A stretch of DNA of 52,588 nt, counting the filler, from Sphacelaria rigidula (Eukaryota), in NCBI GenBank assembly GCA_964200075.2. It is 4 parts of 4 records of this genome, joined end to end, with 100 filler letters (N's around TTAATTAATTAA, not from the genome) between each part and the next. Parts side by side here need not be neighbours in the genome. Positions count along the whole stretch, not along the records: positions 39,519 to 52,588 come from CAXNAA020003175.1; 3 more parts are not named here. One strand, given 5' to 3'. Below, piece by piece: positions 47,560 through 52,588 of the stretch. Numbering within the stretch: the first letter of the stretch is position 1; every line of letters begins with the position of its first letter. The notes under the pieces are model-generated. The model did not search any database. It worked only from the letters and a program-made list of their open reading frames with translations, and was not told the DNA's origin. The position numbers and the translations under genes were made by a program.

Positions 47560-48486
47560 CTAAGGAATACCAAGTACGGAGAGGATTCCACGCTAAAACG
47601 GATGCGTTCATCTCCAAAAAGCCAGGACGACCAAGCAGCTCATGGGGATTTCAAGACGCTGATACGCGAATGATCAAACATTCTTGACAGAACAATCTGG
47701 CCTTGTTCCCTCAATGAAACCCGCCAAGCACGTTGGTGCTGGTACCTCTGTGTATTTTGCGCGCATGGGATTCAGGGTCGTTGACTAACTTCGCGAGGAT
47801 CGTTTTCTCCGCTTGTTCACTTGGATTTAGGACTGAGCACAACCTGGAGTTCACCAGTGGAAAAAAAATCCTGCACTGAAAACAAGCAGATAAATTTATC
47901 AATGTGCTTTGTGCTATTACACACTGGGGGTCTGTGGCCAGATAAAGAGTTTCAAGATGAAGTGAATCGAACGCCCGCGACCCTGTTATGGCTACCATCT
48001 TTCCCAACTGAGAGGCTTCGGAACGCTACCCCGGCGTGTAAATTGTTTTGGGCGCCCTTTGTCCCGAAACGGGTGGAACCTGAGACCTTTGGAACACGTG
48101 GAGATCCTTCCAAACATGACAAACGACGAGGAAAGCAGGAGTGATGACGTAAACACTGAGACATGTACTGATAGGTAAGCGAGCAAAGCGCAATTATACC
48201 TTTATCAGATTGCTTCACGATCTCGGTACCATCATACCCCACACTTTCCACGCAAGGTCCAACTGTGCGTGAAACAAACCGGCGGTGCTGCAGTCATGCT
48301 GCCGAGGCTCTCCTGCGCTCGGAATTTTCGAAACGCCGGAGGGCGGCATGCATGACACTTTTCTTCCACACGCAGCATTTTGTATCACAATGGAGTATGG
48401 CTAGATAGTATGGCTCGTTCCGCCTACCTGAAGAATGAGTTTTGCTTCGTGTATGAAGTGCTCGTATTCGTCCCTGTCGTTCTCAC

Positions 48487-48630
48487 CTGGAGCTTTTCGA
48501 AGCTAAGTTCTAGAACCTTTCTGAACTCCTCCTTGTTTTCCTTGGGAGAGATCTTCGTTTGCAGAATGAAGGAAGATCGATCGTGCTTCTTCAGTGCGTG
48601 TCCAAACTGGATCTCGCTCGTTCCGTACCC
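48487..48630 (-). CDS. Aldo/keto reductase, exon 4
   Basis: CCAAG|GGG..CAG|GTGAGA; GYGTSEIQFGHALKKHDRSSFILQTKISPKENKEEFRKVLELSFEKLQ (catalytic Tyr and Lys). Confidence 0.92.
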
Positions 48631-49160
48631 CTTGGATTATTTTCACACAACGAAAGAACAGTAAGCATGTCAGAGACGTGAAAAAAACAAAACATAGAGA
48701 CAGTTACATGAAGGCGTGAAGATATTAGTAATCATCCTTGATCACACTTGTAGTGCACGACACACAAGGTCTAACAATCATCCGCAGTTAATGCACGCTT
48801 TGTGCCGGGATCACAGACATTCCGCAGATTAAGCTGTTCCTAATAACTTCGAGAGGAACTCGTGTCACGCCAATCAAAAGTAGCTTCGATGCCTGTTTTC
48901 CGAAACTTCGATCATCACAAAAAGCGCACAGGCTTCGGGTAAATTTGCTTCGTAGGACAAAAAAAACATGGCGAGCTTTGGAACGCACCATCACTACGCC
49001 TCCACTCGCCAGATACATTCCAGCAAGTTCTAACCGGCGCGTAGACACACACCATTTGGGGTAATGGCGAAACAGGCCTTTGCCAAACACAGTAATGCAC
49101 GTTCTGACTGATTGATTACTTCTCTACTACAGCAGCGAAGTCGGCACAGCATTGTCTCAC

Positions 49161-49200
49161 CATCGCTGTTTCGAAGTGATTGATGCCTAACTCCATGGAT
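49161..49200 (-). CDS. Aldo/keto reductase, exon 3 (40 nt)
   Basis: CACAG|A..ATG|GTGAGA; (R)SMELGINHFETAM. Confidence 0.9.
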
Positions 49201-50757
49201 CTGTGCACAGAAACACAGATGTAACGAAGAAACAAGTACGACATGCATGTTAGACGAGGGTTTTATGTTGTGATCGAGATTGGTGCGTGCAGAATCAACT
49301 TCCTTCAATCAACGGCATCACAACATCTGAACTTCCAAGCACGGACTATTCGGTACAAACCATCCTCCAGTGAGACATGCGCCAAACCTTGTTGTTTATC
49401 CAGGAGCTCGTATGAATAGCACTATATGTATTTCCCGCTAGCTCAATTCGATCTGGGTCAGCTATTATCATCATGACATTTGCTCGATCTCTCGAACCCG
49501 TGGTCACAGAGTGCAAGGAGCATACCACCCATACCCATTAATCAAACAGCCGGCAGAGGGAGGCAAGAAACAAAACATCTACACGAAAAAGGGCAACTAC
49601 ACTACGATAGATCCGTACAAGACCGATTGAACTACAGGAGACCCACTGGAATCTAAAATGTCCCCGCAGGTATAAGCTCACATTTATCTGGCACACGATA
49701 ACTTTTCCCATTTCCCGAATTAACCTCGTGTAAGTATATTGCTGTCAAGTGCGAACCAATCTGGTGATGGACGCTCTGCCGCTTGGAAAAAAACATGCAT
49801 TACATAACGTATGACCCCGACAACGGACCCAGATTCTGCGGGGAAAAAAAAAGAAGAGTTTATCGGGATTCATCTCGTAACCTCCAGAACTGGAGTCTGC
49901 TAATTGCCACTTAGACAACCAGGGCCCAGCAGTGTTATACAGTAAGTGGAACACCCCGTCCAGTTGAGGAGTTTCGAGCCGAATTTTACAAGGACCTTCT
50001 GCACGCAAGCCATGACTTCTTCGCGTAAGCAGCAAGGACAAAAATTATTTCATGTGGTTGAATTTTTTTCTTTCGCCGCCCTGAACACACACACACACAC
50101 ACGCACGCGCGCACGCACATAGGATAAGAACCTACGACCTGCCACCCTACAGGACGGCATACCTGCACCGTCATACACTAACCAAAGTGCACGGCCCAAT
50201 TGAAGGAGGTTTGAGCTGAAATTTTATACGTACAGTCTACATGAGAATGCGCAACAATTCACCGCGGTAGCTTAACATGTATGTTTGCTGGGTTATGGCA
50301 TTTGAAATTCATGTCATAATCTTTCAGTGGCTTTCATTTTTTTTTTTCCCACCACAGTACGTCGCTGCGTCTTTACGACATGAGTCTTGAGCCAATTTTA
50401 AGCTTCAGAATCTTGAAAACGGGCGGTGCAAAGCTGACGAATCGCCAAAAATGCTGCAAGCTGGCCCAGCTCGTAGCTTAAATACATCGTATTGTAATCC
50501 CACCAGGTGTCGCACAACTGTCACAGTGTCGGAAGATGTTTCGAGGAGCAAACGCCAACCTACCGAAAAATAACGTGGACGCCAAAGCTCCCCACCATCA
50601 ATTTTCGACGGCGCAACTTGTGCACGCTACGACAGCGCATGTTTCGAAATTATAACTGTAGAAGAACTTGATCTCAAACGGGGGCTGTTATACTCCGTCA
50701 TCTAAGTGTCATACACTACGGAGTTTCAACGCTGTAAAAACCACAGCGGCGTGTGAC

Positions 50758-50903
50758 CTGTCGACGATGGCCTGAAAGTTATCGTCGCAGTCCTTTGTGA
50801 TGCCGTCGGCGGTGACAGTGGGTGAGGCCTTCCAAGTGAACTGTTGACGCATGCCGCCGCACGTGATGATGGGCATCATCAAGCCAGTTCGACCGTACCT
50901 AAC
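50758..50903 (-). CDS. Aldo/keto reductase, exon 2
   Basis: ACACAG|GTT..AG|GTCACA; VRYGRTGLMMPIITCGGMRQQFTW..NFQAIVD(R). The ATG at 50912 is an alternative start. Confidence 0.9.
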
Positions 50904-51640
50904 CTGTGTCATTCCGTTACGGTCATCGGCATGGGGTGGCAGAGAGCAGCTTCAAGGAGCTGAATACTACGAGGGAAATAGTACGAATGGGGCTAACAAA
51001 ACTGCTCGAGTCTACAAAGTATGGCAGGCATGATTTGTGTCGTTGAAAACGTGAGAGCGTCAGTAGCAAAGATATTTTACTCAACAAATCGATGTGGTGC
51101 GGTAGTGTTGATACTCATTATCCAAACCAGGGCACCAAATTGCAAGGCATATATATATATATATATATACTGGGATAGGGGCGATATAAAGGTGTGACAA
51201 AAAAAACTGTACGGTGAACTTTTCTGATACCTTCATCTCGGAAATGCGCGTGCACAGGCGGGGGGAAGATTAAAATCACTTCCGATAGTAGAGTTACATA
51301 GTCAGCCCTGAAATGACAAGGAACCGATCGCAGATTATGACCATCCCGCCTACCCTGACAAATCTGCGAGTGGATCGTTGTACGGTTCGCCATCGCGGCA
51401 GGAGGCGTCCTTCAGTGGCAATACAAACGAGCAGCTACGGCCAATAGGGAATGCATCACAGTGACGAAGAACAGAAAACAGGTGTAAAATGGTGCATGAT
51501 CTGACGGTCGCTGATTCTTTCTGCTCCCTCGTCTAGGGAGAGATCACATTCATGCTATTCTAACTAGTCTGCGCTATGTCCACATCTACTAATAACAGTC
51601 ACATATACGGTAGTACCACTACGCTCATCGTAGTCCTTAC

Positions 51641-51808
51641 CGTTGGACATTTCCATGACTGTTCGACCTTGTCTCCCCTGTGCTTGCAGAGAGGATCAGT
51701 CCTGTGTACGATCTTCTGGTACGACTCTCTCAGCTTGCCCATCAATTCAGCGTCGTCCGCTCCCGTTTCCGACAGACGAAAGTATTCCGCCCTCATCTGC
51801 CTCAACAC
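51641..51808 (-). CDS. Aldo/keto reductase, upstream exon (N-terminal extension)
   Basis: TTGCAG|GTG..ACG|GTAAGG, 168 nt, phase 0-0. Splicing gives ...SWKCPT|VRYGRTG. Confidence 0.7.
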
Positions 51809-52588
51809 CTGCAACAGTCATTCCAGCCTTCATTCCGTCAAAGTACAGTAATCCGACTAGGGTTGTACACCAACTTCAAAATTGGGTTGATTTGATCAAT
51901 CACGATTAGTTGATCATCAGGTTTGATTAGTCAATTATTATCCAAGTGTCAGAGCAGCAAATAAGCGTCAATGAGTGAAATATTCCGTTGTGAATCGCTT
52001 CGCTGCACACGTGCACGCCAGCAGCACTGTTTTGTGTACGGTGTTACTACAGCCGTATGAGTAGACACCACCTGTAAAACCAATGTCTACTCAACACACC
52101 ATGCACCAGTCTACTTGTATGGTGCTGAAGTATCCCTCATCATTGGACATGACGATATCCAGTATATTTCTTCTGTCCAATGAGGCTGTGCAGTTATGTT
52201 CGTATGAGTCCTTCACGAAGTCCGATTTGGTTTTCGATTTTTTGTTGCATTCGTTGGCGTTTTTCTAGCTAAAAACAACACTCTTCAACGTGGGTGCTTT
52301 ACCCGTGGAGCATCGCGGCCGAGAAAATGTGGATCGGTCAACATATGGCCATTTTTCGATATTTTTCCCAGTAAAGCATGGGAGACCCAGGAATCGCGAA
52401 AAATCGTGAAACAAATGTGAAAACCGCAAAAACCACCACTGATTTGGACATCTTCGTGGCGTTAACCCTTTTGGAACCGTTGATGGAAAACTGAGGATTT
52501 TCAACCGAGGTTCTTCCCCCAATAAATGGTTGTTTTTCTACAGCTTTTGAGCAAACGATTCGCTCGAAGTGTGTTTTTCAGACCCGTG

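Noticed and set aside
8983..51808. Fe-S-related gene cluster (NBP35 + AKR)
   Set aside because: The genes are on different, artificially joined contigs.

Overview
This is eukaryotic, repeat-rich genomic DNA, most consistent with a brown alga (Phaeophyceae/stramenopile). That assignment is inferred from long TE-filled introns, a bipartite plastid-targeting peptide and the repeat types. The window is not one locus: it is four contigs (1-13075, 13176-26247, 26348-39418, 39519-52588; 13075/13072/13071/13070 bp) joined by artificial 100-bp N44-TTAATTAATTAA-N44 spacers, apparently in order of decreasing length, so gene neighbourhood across spacers is meaningless. Genes reconstructed by reading splice sites: the first exon of NBP35/NUBP1; a 9-exon aldo/keto reductase of the cyanobacterial-like type; a 4-exon fragment of a probable plastid-targeted membrane protein that is largely missing from the ORF track; a low-complexity + strand gene with a likely GC-AG intron; and weaker or degenerate exon clusters. 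The rest is decayed mobile DNA: an RTE-like LINE with a head-to-head duplicated 5' end, Copia remnants (two elements apparently sharing one LTR), a Ty3/Gypsy remnant, a possible Helitron remnant, a tRNA-derived SINE, several LINE/SINE 3' ends, and many MITE/foldback elements including a 99-bp piggyBac-type MITE. I found no prokaryotic-style novel system (no CRISPR array, operon or defence island). The best leads are the orphan plastid membrane protein, the unexplained mini-exon cluster in contig 3, the LINE foldback and the shared retroposon 3' motifs.
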